From Phycisphaerae bacterium (GTDB lineage: Bacteria > Planctomycetota > Phycisphaerae > WQYP01), in the NCBI GenBank assembly GCA_051955985.1, contig JBQCGD010000071.1, positions 27,036 through 91,035 on the forward strand: 64,000 nucleotides of DNA, given 5' to 3'. The position numbers and the translations under genes were made by a program. The notes under the pieces were generated by a model. The model saw only the letters and a program-made list of their open reading frames with translations, was not told the DNA's origin and made no database searches. Shown here in pieces: positions 19,448-27,964 of the stretch. The number at the start of each line of letters is the position of its first letter. Within the stretch, counting starts at the first letter, position 1.

Positions 19448-20647
19448 GCGGAGGATGCGGAAGTAGAAGACGTTGTCCTGCGGGGTGCCGGGGCTGGGTG
19501 GGGGGACGGTGATCTGGAGCGGGGCGCTCTGGCTGCCGCCGGCGCGGACGAGGAGCTCGTGCGGGCCCGGGGTGAGCGTGGCGGGGAGGATGTAGACGGT
19601 GCGGGGGAGGGTTTCCCAGTAGCGGATGTCGGCCTGGGAGCTGGCGGCGAGTGCGGCGCCGAGGGCCATGGCGCCGAGGCCGGCGAGCGCGATGCCGGTG
19701 TCGTGGCGTTGGGCGCCGTAGGCGGTGACGCCGGCGCCGGCGGCCATGGCGCCGGTGCCGATGACGGCCTTGGTTTTGCGAACGGTGTCGATGTCCTGCC
19801 AGCGTTGTTCCTGGGCCATGGCGAGGGTGTCGACCATGTGATAGGTCTCGTTGGGGTTGTTGACGACGTTGCCATCGACGAGGAGCTGGGCGGGGCCGAT
19901 GGGGCCGGCTTCGAGCGGGGTTGGGCCGAAGGCGGATTCTTCGTTGTACCACCCCTTGGGGGCGCGGCGCGGGCCTGCGCCGTAATCGACGAAGACGAGG
20001 GTGTTGACCTTGGGGTTCTGGACGTCGCGGATGACGGCGTTGAGGCGCGGGTCGTTTTTGACGGCGAGTTCGTAGTTTTCCTGGGCGAGGTCGGGGCGGT
20101 TGAGGCGCGAGTAGCAGAACCCGAGGCCGAAGTAGCCGAGGGCGAAGTTGGATTCGGCGGCCTGGTAGTGCTTGGGGTCATCGACGTTGGCGTAGGCGCG
20201 GAGTTTGAAGAGGGAGTTCTGGAAGGCGGCGCGGGCGTTTTCGTAGTCGTGCTTGATGAGGAAGGTGACGCCGAGGTAGTAGTGGGCCATGGCGCGTTCG
20301 AAGGGTTCGCCGGTCCAGACCTTGACGCCTTCCCAGAAGACGGCGGCGCCGGTGGTACGGCCGGTGTCGTTGACGTGGGTGGCGTTCATGACGTCGTAGG
20401 CGTTCATGAAGGCGGTTTCGGCGCCGGGGAGGTCGCCGGCGGCGATGGCGGCGGAGCCGTAGCGGCAGTTGTTGAGGACGTAGTCTTCGTTCTTCTTGGT
20501 GATGTCGGGGCGGAGCTGGGCTTCGGCGGCCGCGAAGTTGCCGACCTGGTAGTTGGCGATGGCGTTGCGTACTTCTTTGGGCGTGGTCTGGCAGCCGGTG
20601 GCGGCGAGCGCGGGGGCGATGAGGAGTGCGGGGAGGATGCGTTTCAT
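19445..20647 (-). CDS. lipoprotein with TPR-like region and Gly/Ala-rich C-terminal segment
   Basis: Lipobox LAATGC after MKRILPALLIAPA; first of three consecutive lipoprotein genes on minus strand. Confidence 0.5.
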   Translation of the reverse strand: MKRILPALLIAPALAATGCQTTPKEVRNAIANYQVGNFAAAEAQLRPDITKKNEDYVLNNCRYGSAAIAAGDLPGAETAFMNAYDVMNATHVNDTGRTTGAAVFWEGVKVWTGEPFERAMAHYYLGVTFLIKHDYENARAAFQNSLFKLRAYANVDDPKHYQAAESNFALGYFGLGFCYSRLNRPDLAQENYELAVKNDPRLNAVIRDVQNPKVNTLVFVDYGAGPRRAPKGWYNEESAFGPTPLEAGPIGPAQLLVDGNVVNNPNETYHMVDTLAMAQEQRWQDIDTVRKTKAVIGTGAMAAGAGVTAYGAQRHDTGIALAGLGAMALGAALAASSQADIRYWETLPRTVYILPATLTPGPHELLVRAGGSQSAPLQITVPPPSPGTPQDNVFYFRILR

Positions 20648-20699
20648 GGGGGCTCCGGGGAGTGCGACGGTCATTGGTAAATTGTAATTGGTAATTGGG

Positions 20700-21284
20700 T
20701 CAGTCGAGCATGCCTTTTTTGATTTGCTTGGAGGTTTCGTATTGGCCGGTCCAGAGTTCGGCGCCGGTGCGCAGGTTGGTGAGTTTGTACTGGCAGAGGT
20801 AGATGTCGCTGCGGCTCTTGGAGGTGGCGCGGGTGTCGGCGAGGAAGGTGGCCCAGAGGGCGTACTCGGGCTGGATGCGGTCTTCGGAGGGGCCGACGTC
20901 GGGGATTTCTTCGGCCTTGAGCTTTTCGTAATCGGACTTGTTCACGAGCCAGGTGAATTTGTCGTGCAGGGCGGGCTGGGCGGCGAGGAGGCCCTGGAGG
21001 CGGTGGACGAAGAGTTCCTTGCGGTTGTCGCGGATGATTTCGTTGGTCTGGTTTTCCACGGGCTTGATGACGATTTTCAGCGGGCCCTTCTGCATCTCCT
21101 GCTGGATGTAGGGGTCGCTCATGATGGCGGCGGCCATTTTGTTGGTCATGGCCTGCATGTCGTCGGAGTTCAGGAATGTGGTTGTGCGGTTTTTGCTGAT
21201 CGCTTCGGAGGAACAGCCGGCGAAGAAAACGCAAAACGCGAAACACAAAACACAAAACGCGCGGATGGAGAGCGGGGTCTGCAT
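20700..21284 (-). CDS. LpoB-like (TolB N-terminal-like fold) lipoprotein, paralog 1
   Basis: Lipobox FFAGC; KIVIKPVENQTNE and YALWATF...DIYLCQYKLTNLRTGAELWTGQYE mirror the paralog at 21390..21989; GAGGA RBS before ATG 21284. Confidence 0.5.
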   Translation of the reverse strand: MQTPLSIRAFCVLCFAFCVFFAGCSSEAISKNRTTTFLNSDDMQAMTNKMAAAIMSDPYIQQEMQKGPLKIVIKPVENQTNEIIRDNRKELFVHRLQGLLAAQPALHDKFTWLVNKSDYEKLKAEEIPDVGPSEDRIQPEYALWATFLADTRATSKSRSDIYLCQYKLTNLRTGAELWTGQYETSKQIKKGMLD

Positions 21285-21326
21285 CGGGGAAGGTCCTCGT
21301 GTGGGCATTCCGGGAGAACACTCAAC

Positions 21327-21371
21327 CGCGAAAACACAAAACCTTGCGAAGAGGAGGTTTTGTGTTTTGCG
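21327..21371. other. AC-rich hairpin AAAACACAAAACC-N12-GGTTTTGTGTTTT between tandem lipoprotein paralogs
   Basis: 13-bp perfect stem followed by T-rich tract; related AC-rich sequence recurs at 21228..21262. Confidence 0.4.
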
Positions 21372-21389
21372 TTCTGAGTTTTGGGTTTT

Positions 21390-21989
21390 TCAGTTCAGGG
21401 TTTTGACTTCGTACTGGCCGGTCCAGACTTCGGCGCCGGTGGTGAGGCTGGTGAGGCGGAACTGGCAGAGGTAGTAAGTGGTTTTGCCGTTGTTCATGCT
21501 GTAGAAGGTGCCGGCGAGGGCGTATTGGGGCTTGATGCGGGGATCCTGGGGCTGGGGGCCGCCGCGGGAGGCATCTTCGAAGGGGTCGTTGTTGTTGCCG
21601 CCGAGTTCTTCGCTCTGGAGTCGCTCGAGGGTGGCGCGGTCGGAGACGAAGAGGAGGCGGTCGCGGGTCTGGGCGGAGTTGAGGAGGCCCTTGAGGCGGG
21701 CGATGTAGATGTCCATGTTGCGGCCGGGCATGTCTTCGGTTTTGTTTTCGATGGACTTCATGACGATAGTGACGCGGTAGGGGTTTTGGGCGATTTCCGG
21801 GATGGCGACGAGGTCGGGGGCGAGTTTGCTGGTCATTTCGCGGAGGTCGCGGCTCTGCAGGCCGTGCTCGCCGCTTTGGACGGTGTCCATATCCGGGCGC
21901 ATTTCGTTGCGGTCTTTTTCGCAACCACCGAGGCCGACCGCGACTGCACCGATGATGCCGCAAACTGCGACGCACTTTGCAATACCCAT
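21390..21989 (-). CDS. LpoB-like lipoprotein, paralog 2
   Basis: Lipobox LGGC; YALAGTF...TYYLCQFRLTSLTTGAEVWTGQYE; GGAGGA RBS. Confidence 0.5.
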   Translation of the reverse strand: MGIAKCVAVCGIIGAVAVGLGGCEKDRNEMRPDMDTVQSGEHGLQSRDLREMTSKLAPDLVAIPEIAQNPYRVTIVMKSIENKTEDMPGRNMDIYIARLKGLLNSAQTRDRLLFVSDRATLERLQSEELGGNNNDPFEDASRGGPQPQDPRIKPQYALAGTFYSMNNGKTTYYLCQFRLTSLTTGAEVWTGQYEVKTLN

Positions 21990-22098
21990 AGATCCTCCGA
22001 AGGGGGGTAAAGAATGTCCCGTGTGAGGGTAATAGATTAAACCCCAGCGCGACGGTTAGTCAAAAGAGGCGGGATTTTTGGGGAGGAGGCGAGTGCGA

Positions 22099-22449
22099 TC
22101 AGCGGACGAGGACCTGGGCGGCGTATCCGATGCCGAAGGCGACGACCACGAGGCCGGTGAGGCTGGCCAGGAAGGCGCCGATGGCGGCGGGGAGAAGGCC
22201 GTGGAGCTGACCGCGGCTGGCGGTGACACGTGCGACGGCGGTGAGGGAGAGGAACACGATTGCGGCGCTTTCGAGGAGCAGAATGGTCATGCCGAAGATC
22301 GCATCGGCGGGGGTGCCGACGTCGCGAAGGAGACGGAGGGCCGCGACGATAAACGCGGCGTTGAAGAGTCCGGCGGCGAGGCCGACGAAGGCGAGGGTGC
22401 TCCGTTGGGGATGGATGGAACCGGCGGGGTCGTACGAGAGGAGGGTCAT
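22099..22449 (-). CDS. small hydrophobic membrane protein
   Basis: 116 aa, 3-4 predicted TM helices; no other support. Confidence 0.3.
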   Translation of the reverse strand: MTLLSYDPAGSIHPQRSTLAFVGLAAGLFNAAFIVAALRLLRDVGTPADAIFGMTILLLESAAIVFLSLTAVARVTASRGQLHGLLPAAIGAFLASLTGLVVVAFGIGYAAQVLVR

Positions 22450-22536
22450 GGGCGGTCTCCATTGCCAGGCCGACGTTCACCATGTTACCGTGAGGTGGGC
22501 TCCGGCGGCGCGTTTTTTTTCTTTCTGCCTTGCGGC

Positions 22537-23286
22537 ATGGGTCGGGGTCAAGGGCTGTTCGGAAAGGGCAGGTGGCGCGTGAGCGAAAGGCAAGGTGCTC
22601 CCGGCCGGAAGCCGGTAACTTCCGAAACCCTGGCGGGTTACGACCTGTGGGCGGGGAGCTACGATGCTCTCGACAATCCGCTGATTGCGATGGTGGATCG
22701 GGCGTTGGAGGTGGATCCGCCGGCGGTGGCGGGGAAGCGGGTGGTGGAACTGGGGTGCGGGACCGGACGGCTGGCGGAGTATTTTCTGGCGGCGAGTGCA
22801 GCGGCATACACGGGGGTGGACGGTTCGGCGGGAATGCTGGCGCGGGCGCGCGAGCGTTACGGGGTGACGGTGGCGCTGGGGGAGGGGGATGGGGCGGGTG
22901 CGTTGAATTGGGGGGCGGGCGGGTTTGACCTGGTGGTGGTGTCGCTGGTGCTGGAACATTTTGCGGAGATCCGGCCGGTGATTCGGAATGCGGCGCGGCT
23001 TGCGGTAAGCGGCGGTGAGTTGCGGATCCTGGAATTGCATCCGTCGCGGCAGCGGGCGGGGACGGGGGCTCATTTTCTGCACGAGGGGCGCGATGTGCGT
23101 TTGCCGAGCTATCCACACGAGGAGGCGGAATTTCGGGAGGAGCTGGCGCGGGCGGGATTTGAGGATGTGCGGATTGCGGAGCATGTGCCGGATGAGGAGA
23201 CGTTGGCGCGTTCGCCGCGGCTGGCGAAGTACCGGGGTATGACGCTGCTGCTGGAGGTGCGTGCGAATCGAAGAACGAAGGCGTAG
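22537..23286 (+). CDS. class I SAM-dependent methyltransferase
   Basis: Motif I VVELGCGTGRLA, motif II DLVVVSLVLEHF; start ATG 22537 or GTG 22579. Confidence 0.6.
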   Translation: MGRGQGLFGKGRWRVSERQGAPGRKPVTSETLAGYDLWAGSYDALDNPLIAMVDRALEVDPPAVAGKRVVELGCGTGRLAEYFLAASAAAYTGVDGSAGMLARARERYGVTVALGEGDGAGALNWGAGGFDLVVVSLVLEHFAEIRPVIRNAARLAVSGGELRILELHPSRQRAGTGAHFLHEGRDVRLPSYPHEEAEFREELARAGFEDVRIAEHVPDEETLARSPRLAKYRGMTLLLEVRANRRTKA

Positions 23287-23327
23287 CGGAACGACTTCCG
23301 CGGCGGGGGCGGCTACAATCAGGGTCT

Positions 23328-24485
23328 ATGTCAAAATCGCGCGCGAAAAAGAACGAGGAAGAAGTGGAGCATCACGCATTGCCGGCGCCCGAAGCGCTGG
23401 ATGCGAATGAAGCGGCCTCGCCGGACGATGCGGAGGATGGAGATGGGGAGATGTCGGCGGCGGGGGCGCCTTCCGGGCCGCCCGTGGCGGGGCAGGTGGT
23501 GACGTACGAGATCAAGCATGATCTGCAGAAGCGGGTGGATCTTTACTTGAAGGATCGATTGCCGGACTTTTCGCGGGCGATGCTGCAGAAGCTGGTGAAG
23601 TCAGGAGCGGTGATTGTGAATGAGCGGCCGGCGAAATCGTCGACGACGTTGCGGGCGGGGGATGTGCTGCGGGTGACGGTGCCGAAGCTGCAGCCCCCGG
23701 AGTCGCTGCCGGAGAACATTCCGCTCGACATCGTGCATGAGGATGATCAGTTCATCGCGATCAACAAGCAGTCGGGGCTGATTGTGCATCCGGCCCGGGG
23801 GCATTGGTCGGGGACGTTGATCAATGCGCTCCTGTATCACGCGCAGCAGACGCATTCGACGCTGTCGACGGGGAGCGATCCGTGGCGGCCGGGGATCATT
23901 CACCGGCTGGATCGGGACACGACGGGGTTGATCCTAATTGCGAAGACGGACGAGGCGCACTGGCGGATTGCCGGGCAGTTTGAGCGGCGGACGATTCGGA
24001 AGACCTATTTGGCGATTGTGCATGGGGAGTTTGAGCTGGAGTCGGACCTGATCGATGCGCCGCTGGCGGTGCACCCGAAAATCCGCGAGAAATATGCGGT
24101 GCGACGGGATATCGGGAAGCCGGCGCAGACGGTGTACACGGTGAAGGAGCGCTTCAAAGGGTACACGCTGCTGGAGCTGGCTCCGAAGACGGGGCGGACG
24201 CACCAGCTTCGCGTGCACTGTGCACACATCGGGCATCCGATTATCGGGGACACGATGTATGGGGGTCGGCAGATCACGGAAGAGGACATCGTTCCGAAAA
24301 CACACAATGCAAAGGTCAAAACTCAAACCGTACCCCCCCCACCGTTGATTACGCGGCAGGCGCTGCATGCGTACCGGTTGCAGTTTGTGCATCCGAGCAA
24401 GTTCACGCGGATGCATCTGGAGGCGCCGATGCCCGGGGACATGGGGCATATTTGCGAGTTGTTGCGAAAACATCGGACGCTCTGA
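23328..24485 (+). CDS. rluD: RluA/RluD-family pseudouridine synthase
   Basis: S4 domain then HRLDRDTTGLILIAK catalytic-Asp motif and GDTMYGG; acidic N-terminal extension. Confidence 0.8.
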   Translation: MSKSRAKKNEEEVEHHALPAPEALDANEAASPDDAEDGDGEMSAAGAPSGPPVAGQVVTYEIKHDLQKRVDLYLKDRLPDFSRAMLQKLVKSGAVIVNERPAKSSTTLRAGDVLRVTVPKLQPPESLPENIPLDIVHEDDQFIAINKQSGLIVHPARGHWSGTLINALLYHAQQTHSTLSTGSDPWRPGIIHRLDRDTTGLILIAKTDEAHWRIAGQFERRTIRKTYLAIVHGEFELESDLIDAPLAVHPKIREKYAVRRDIGKPAQTVYTVKERFKGYTLLELAPKTGRTHQLRVHCAHIGHPIIGDTMYGGRQITEEDIVPKTHNAKVKTQTVPPPPLITRQALHAYRLQFVHPSKFTRMHLEAPMPGDMGHICELLRKHRTL

Positions 24486-24497
24486 GGATTGCGGGTG

Positions 24498-24884
24498 TCA
24501 GCCGAAGCGCCGGATTGCCCACATCGCGCCGAGGACGAGCGCGAACAGCGCGGCAAACGCGACACATGCCAGGAAAAAGTAGAGCGCTACGGACGTGACG
24601 GATTGTGTTGCGCCGTCGGCGGAGGGGTTCGGGTTGGGATCGGCGGTTGGGAGGGGCGTTCCATAAGCGGTGACCGGATCCATCTGGGCGAGGACGGCTT
24701 CGATGTCGGCGAGGGTGGGTTTGGCGGTGCGGGCGGCGAGGAGGTCGCGGATGTGGGTTTCGAGGTCATCGACGATGGCGCGGCGCTGGTCGCGGGCGTT
24801 TCCGGAGCGGTGGAGGGTTTGTTCGACGGCATCGAGGTAGGCGTCGAGGCGGGATTTGGCCTCGGCGGAGAGGGAGAGCGTCAT
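24498..24884 (-). CDS. PadR-associated membrane-anchored protein
   Basis: ATG 24884 overlaps PadR stop in an ATGA junction; helical N-terminus and C-terminal TM helix; typical PadR-operon partner. Confidence 0.45.
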   Translation of the reverse strand: MTLSLSAEAKSRLDAYLDAVEQTLHRSGNARDQRRAIVDDLETHIRDLLAARTAKPTLADIEAVLAQMDPVTAYGTPLPTADPNPNPSADGATQSVTSVALYFFLACVAFAALFALVLGAMWAIRRFG

Positions 24885-25252
24885 TCGGTTGCTCCTTTCT
24901 TGTCGGTGGCCATGCGTTCGATGGAGGTGTTGAGGGATCGCCAATGGGCGAGCATCTGTTCGAGACGTCGATGGCCGGCGCGGGTGAGGCGGTAGTAGCG
25001 GCGCGGCGGGCCGGCGGGCGAGGGTTGGTGGCGGACGGCGACGAGTTGGTCGGCGGCAAGGCGGGCAAGGACGGGGTAGAGGGTGGATTCGGTAAGCGCG
25101 AGGTCGTCGAGTTCGGCCAGGCGCTGAAGGAGCTGGTAGCCGTAGAGTTCTTCGCGGCGGAGGGCGATGAGGACGAGGAGCTCGAGGAGCCCTTTGCGGA
25201 CCTGGGAGACCCAGGGGCCGGTCCATCCGCGGGATCTTTCCTGTTCAGTCAT
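24881..25252 (-). CDS. PadR family transcriptional regulator
   Basis: LLELLVLIALRREELYGYQLLQRLAEL...ESTLYPVLARL winged-helix signature. Confidence 0.7.
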   Translation of the reverse strand: MTEQERSRGWTGPWVSQVRKGLLELLVLIALRREELYGYQLLQRLAELDDLALTESTLYPVLARLAADQLVAVRHQPSPAGPPRRYYRLTRAGHRRLEQMLAHWRSLNTSIERMATDKKGATE

Positions 25253-25403
25253 GCCACTACCACGCGATGCAGAGTACCAGTACATCGTACTGCGTGGTAG
25301 TGGGAGCGCCAAGGAAAAGTTTCATATTATGGTTGCGGCGGCAACGCTTTGGCCGCGGGGAGGAAGAGGGAGCGTTTGGCGTGGGGGAAGCGGTTGATAC
25401 AAT

Positions 25404-26666
25404 GTGGGCGAGTGGCGTGGCGGGGACCGCGCGCCTGCGAACGAGAAATGTCCGCGATGTGACGGCTGGAGTGCCGATGTCCGGAGCAGGAGCAAGCTGT
25501 CGGTGAGTGAACCGGGATCATCCGTAGCGGGCGGTGGCGGGGGGGGAGCGGGGGAGACGGGAGGTGGGAGCGGCGCGGAAGTGGTGCGACCGCCGTTACA
25601 GCTCGTGCGCCTGCCGGTGGACAAGCCGCAGCCGGCGGTTTCGTTTTTACATGAACGGTCGCAGGGGGTGATGGATCTGATTGCGCATTTCTGGGAGCGG
25701 CTGGCGCAGACGCCGCCGTTGCAGCGGGGGGACTTGCACCTGGTGGTGGCGACGCCGACGGGGTCGGACGTGGTGAATATCAACACGCCGCAATTGGATG
25801 CGGGGAAGTTTTCGGGGGCGATGCTGTATGTGCCAAAGGCGCATCGGGCGGATGTGCTGGCATTGGACCCCCCTACTGCGGCGGCGTTTGCGGCGTATAT
25901 CAGCCATAAGGGGATGGAGGCAAGGTCCGATAATGTGGTTTCGGGTGCGGGGATGAATTCCGTAACTCCTGATTTAGTAAGCACTTCTGATTCTTCGGGT
26001 GGAACGTTACCGTTGACGGATTTGTCGAGCGTGGTGCGGGGGGCGGTGGCGTCGATGGAGTTGCCGGGGGATCCGGGGGTGGGGGGGAAAGGGGCGGGCG
26101 CGGCGGGGAATGGGAAGGTGCCGATTGATTTTTTGACGGGGCATGCGGAGGGGATTGGGTGGATGGTGCCGATGTTGTTGCCGGTGGTGCACAAGAAAGC
26201 GCCGGCGCGGGAGATGGTGAACGTGGTGATGCAATTGCCGGAAGGTGTTGTGTCAGAAGGGGATGGCAACGTTCGGGCGGCGAAGGAAGCGGACGTGCCG
26301 GTGCTGAACAAATGGCGGCGGATGTACAAGGAGGAGCGGGGGATTCTGTTTGATGCGGACCTGGATGCGTGGGTGCAGACGGGGCGGGTGTTTGTGTATG
26401 AACATGAAAAGCAGGTGGTGGCGGTGGCGAAGTTCGATTTGGAGCTGCCGCGGTTAATCGAGATAGGGGGGGTATTTACGTTTCCGGAGTTTCGGAAGAA
26501 GGGGTTCGGGGGGCGTATTGTGGCGGACCTGGCGGGGCGGATACGGGCGGCGGGGAAGACGCCGACGTTGCAGGTGGATGACCAGAATGGGCCGGCGTTA
26601 AAGCTGTATGAGGGGATGGGATGGCGGCCCATGGGGCGGTTGGCGCGGGTTTGGTTAACGGGGTAG
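25404..26666 (+). CDS. GNAT family N-acetyltransferase with about 300-aa unrecognised N-terminal region
   Basis: C-terminal GGVFTFPEFRKKGFGGRIVADLAGR (GNAT motif A); start uncertain (GTG 25404 or ATG 25671). Confidence 0.5.
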   Translation: MGEWRGGDRAPANEKCPRCDGWSADVRSRSKLSVSEPGSSVAGGGGGGAGETGGGSGAEVVRPPLQLVRLPVDKPQPAVSFLHERSQGVMDLIAHFWERLAQTPPLQRGDLHLVVATPTGSDVVNINTPQLDAGKFSGAMLYVPKAHRADVLALDPPTAAAFAAYISHKGMEARSDNVVSGAGMNSVTPDLVSTSDSSGGTLPLTDLSSVVRGAVASMELPGDPGVGGKGAGAAGNGKVPIDFLTGHAEGIGWMVPMLLPVVHKKAPAREMVNVVMQLPEGVVSEGDGNVRAAKEADVPVLNKWRRMYKEERGILFDADLDAWVQTGRVFVYEHEKQVVAVAKFDLELPRLIEIGGVFTFPEFRKKGFGGRIVADLAGRIRAAGKTPTLQVDDQNGPALKLYEGMGWRPMGRLARVWLTG

Positions 26667-26783
26667 CGAGGGGGGACTGGGGGTTGACTGGGGGTCGGTG
26701 GTGGGTTGGGTCGGGGTCTCTTATGGGGTAACTTGGGGTTTGTGGGCGGTCGACAAGGGGGGGTGATTGGGGCGGTAGGAGAC

Positions 26784-26797
26784 GTTCCACGTAGAAC
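26784..26797. promoter_or_regulatory. parS-like palindrome GTTCCACGTAGAAC (copy 1)
   Basis: 12/14 core match to the parS core GTTCCACGTGAAAC; 96 bp upstream of parB start. Confidence 0.4.
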
Positions 26798-26853
26798 TTT
26801 TGACTGCTTTGGTTGGGTTGGCGTTGACGTGCCGGGGGTGGTGGAGGTACAAG

Positions 26854-26867
26854 GTTCCACGTAGAAC
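26854..26867. promoter_or_regulatory. parS-like palindrome GTTCCACGTAGAAC (copy 2)
   Basis: Identical 14-mer 70 bp downstream of copy 1; 26 bp upstream of parB RBS. Confidence 0.4.
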
Positions 26868-26892
26868 ATTGCCTTGAGAAAGGAGTCTCGTG

Positions 26893-27843
26893 ATGACGTT
26901 GAAGGATCGACCACGGCTTGGGCGGGGGTTGAAGTCGCTTATCTCTACACCTGTCACCGTATCGCCTGCGGGCACGAATGGGTCGCCTACCCCCCCTGCC
27001 GAGAGCGTGCTGGAGACGGGGGAACGGTTGGCGTTGATCCCGGTGGAGGCGATTGATCCGAATCCGCACCAGCCGCGCGCGGCGATGGAGCCGACGGCGT
27101 TGCAGGAGCTGGCGAACTCCATCAAGCAGTCGGGCGTGTTGCAGCCGGTGATTGTGCGGCCGGGGGCACCGGTGAATGGGACGCCGCGGTATGAGCTGGT
27201 GGCGGGGCATCGGCGGACGGAGGCGGCGAAGCTGGCGGGGCTGGCGGTGGTGCCGGCGATTGTGCGGCAGGATACGACGGATGAACGACAGGCGGAGTGG
27301 GCGCTGATCGAGAACATCCAGCGGGAGGATCTCAATGCGATCGAGCGGGCGAAGGCGTACCGGGCGTACGTTGACAAGTTCTCGCTGACACATGGGCAGG
27401 CGGCGGAGCGGCTGGGGGAGGACCGAACAACGATCACGAACTTCCTGCGGCTGCTGGAGTTGAACCCGGGGGTGCAGGACCTGGTGGCGCGGGGGATCTT
27501 GTCGGCGGGGCATGCGAAGGTACTGGCGGGGGTAACGGACAAGGCGAAGCAGGATTCGTTTGCCAACAAGGCAGTGACGGAGGGGTTGAGCGTTCGGAAG
27601 TTGGAGGAGCTGGTGAGCGCCCCCCCCCTGCCCACCGAGACACCTGCAGAGACGACGGTGGCGGCGCATACGCGGACGCTGGCGGCGAAGAGTCCGCATG
27701 TGGTGGAGCTGGAGCAGGATCTTTCGCGGAAGCTGGGGACGAAGCTGCGGATTTTCCCGAGCAAGAAGAAGAACACGGGGAAGATCATGATCCAGTATTT
27801 TTCGCTCGATGAGTTTGACCGGATCGTCGAGAAGTTTAATTGA
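26893..27843 (+). CDS. parB: ParB/Spo0J partition protein
   Basis: LQELANSIKQSGVLQPVIVRP, ELVAGHRRTEAAKLAG (GHRR box), HTH; AAGGAG RBS. Confidence 0.8.
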   Translation: MTLKDRPRLGRGLKSLISTPVTVSPAGTNGSPTPPAESVLETGERLALIPVEAIDPNPHQPRAAMEPTALQELANSIKQSGVLQPVIVRPGAPVNGTPRYELVAGHRRTEAAKLAGLAVVPAIVRQDTTDERQAEWALIENIQREDLNAIERAKAYRAYVDKFSLTHGQAAERLGEDRTTITNFLRLLELNPGVQDLVARGILSAGHAKVLAGVTDKAKQDSFANKAVTEGLSVRKLEELVSAPPLPTETPAETTVAAHTRTLAAKSPHVVELEQDLSRKLGTKLRIFPSKKKNTGKIMIQYFSLDEFDRIVEKFN

Positions 27844-27886
27844 TTTATATATCTGCATATCTATACCACCTTGCAAAAGATCAATT

Positions 27887-27947
27887 GGCCACGAAAGACA
27901 CGAAGGGCACGAAATTGTTTCAGGGTGTGGAGCGGTTTCGTGTCGGA
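27887..27947. repeat. family-A repeat (GCCACGAAAGACACGAAGGGCACGAAATTGTTT...)
   Basis: Intergenic parB/rbsK; shares GCCACGAAAGACAC...CACGAAATT core with copies at 32541 and 37518; internal inverted repeat GACACGAAA...TTTCGTGTC. Confidence 0.5.
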
Positions 27948-27964
27948 CTTGAGGGAGCGACTTC

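Noticed and set aside
21121-21474. 117-aa plus-strand ORF spanning the lipoprotein intergenic hairpin
   Set aside because: It is antisense to the 5' end of a lipoprotein gene and encodes KTQNAK low-complexity from the AC-rich repeat. It was treated as non-coding.
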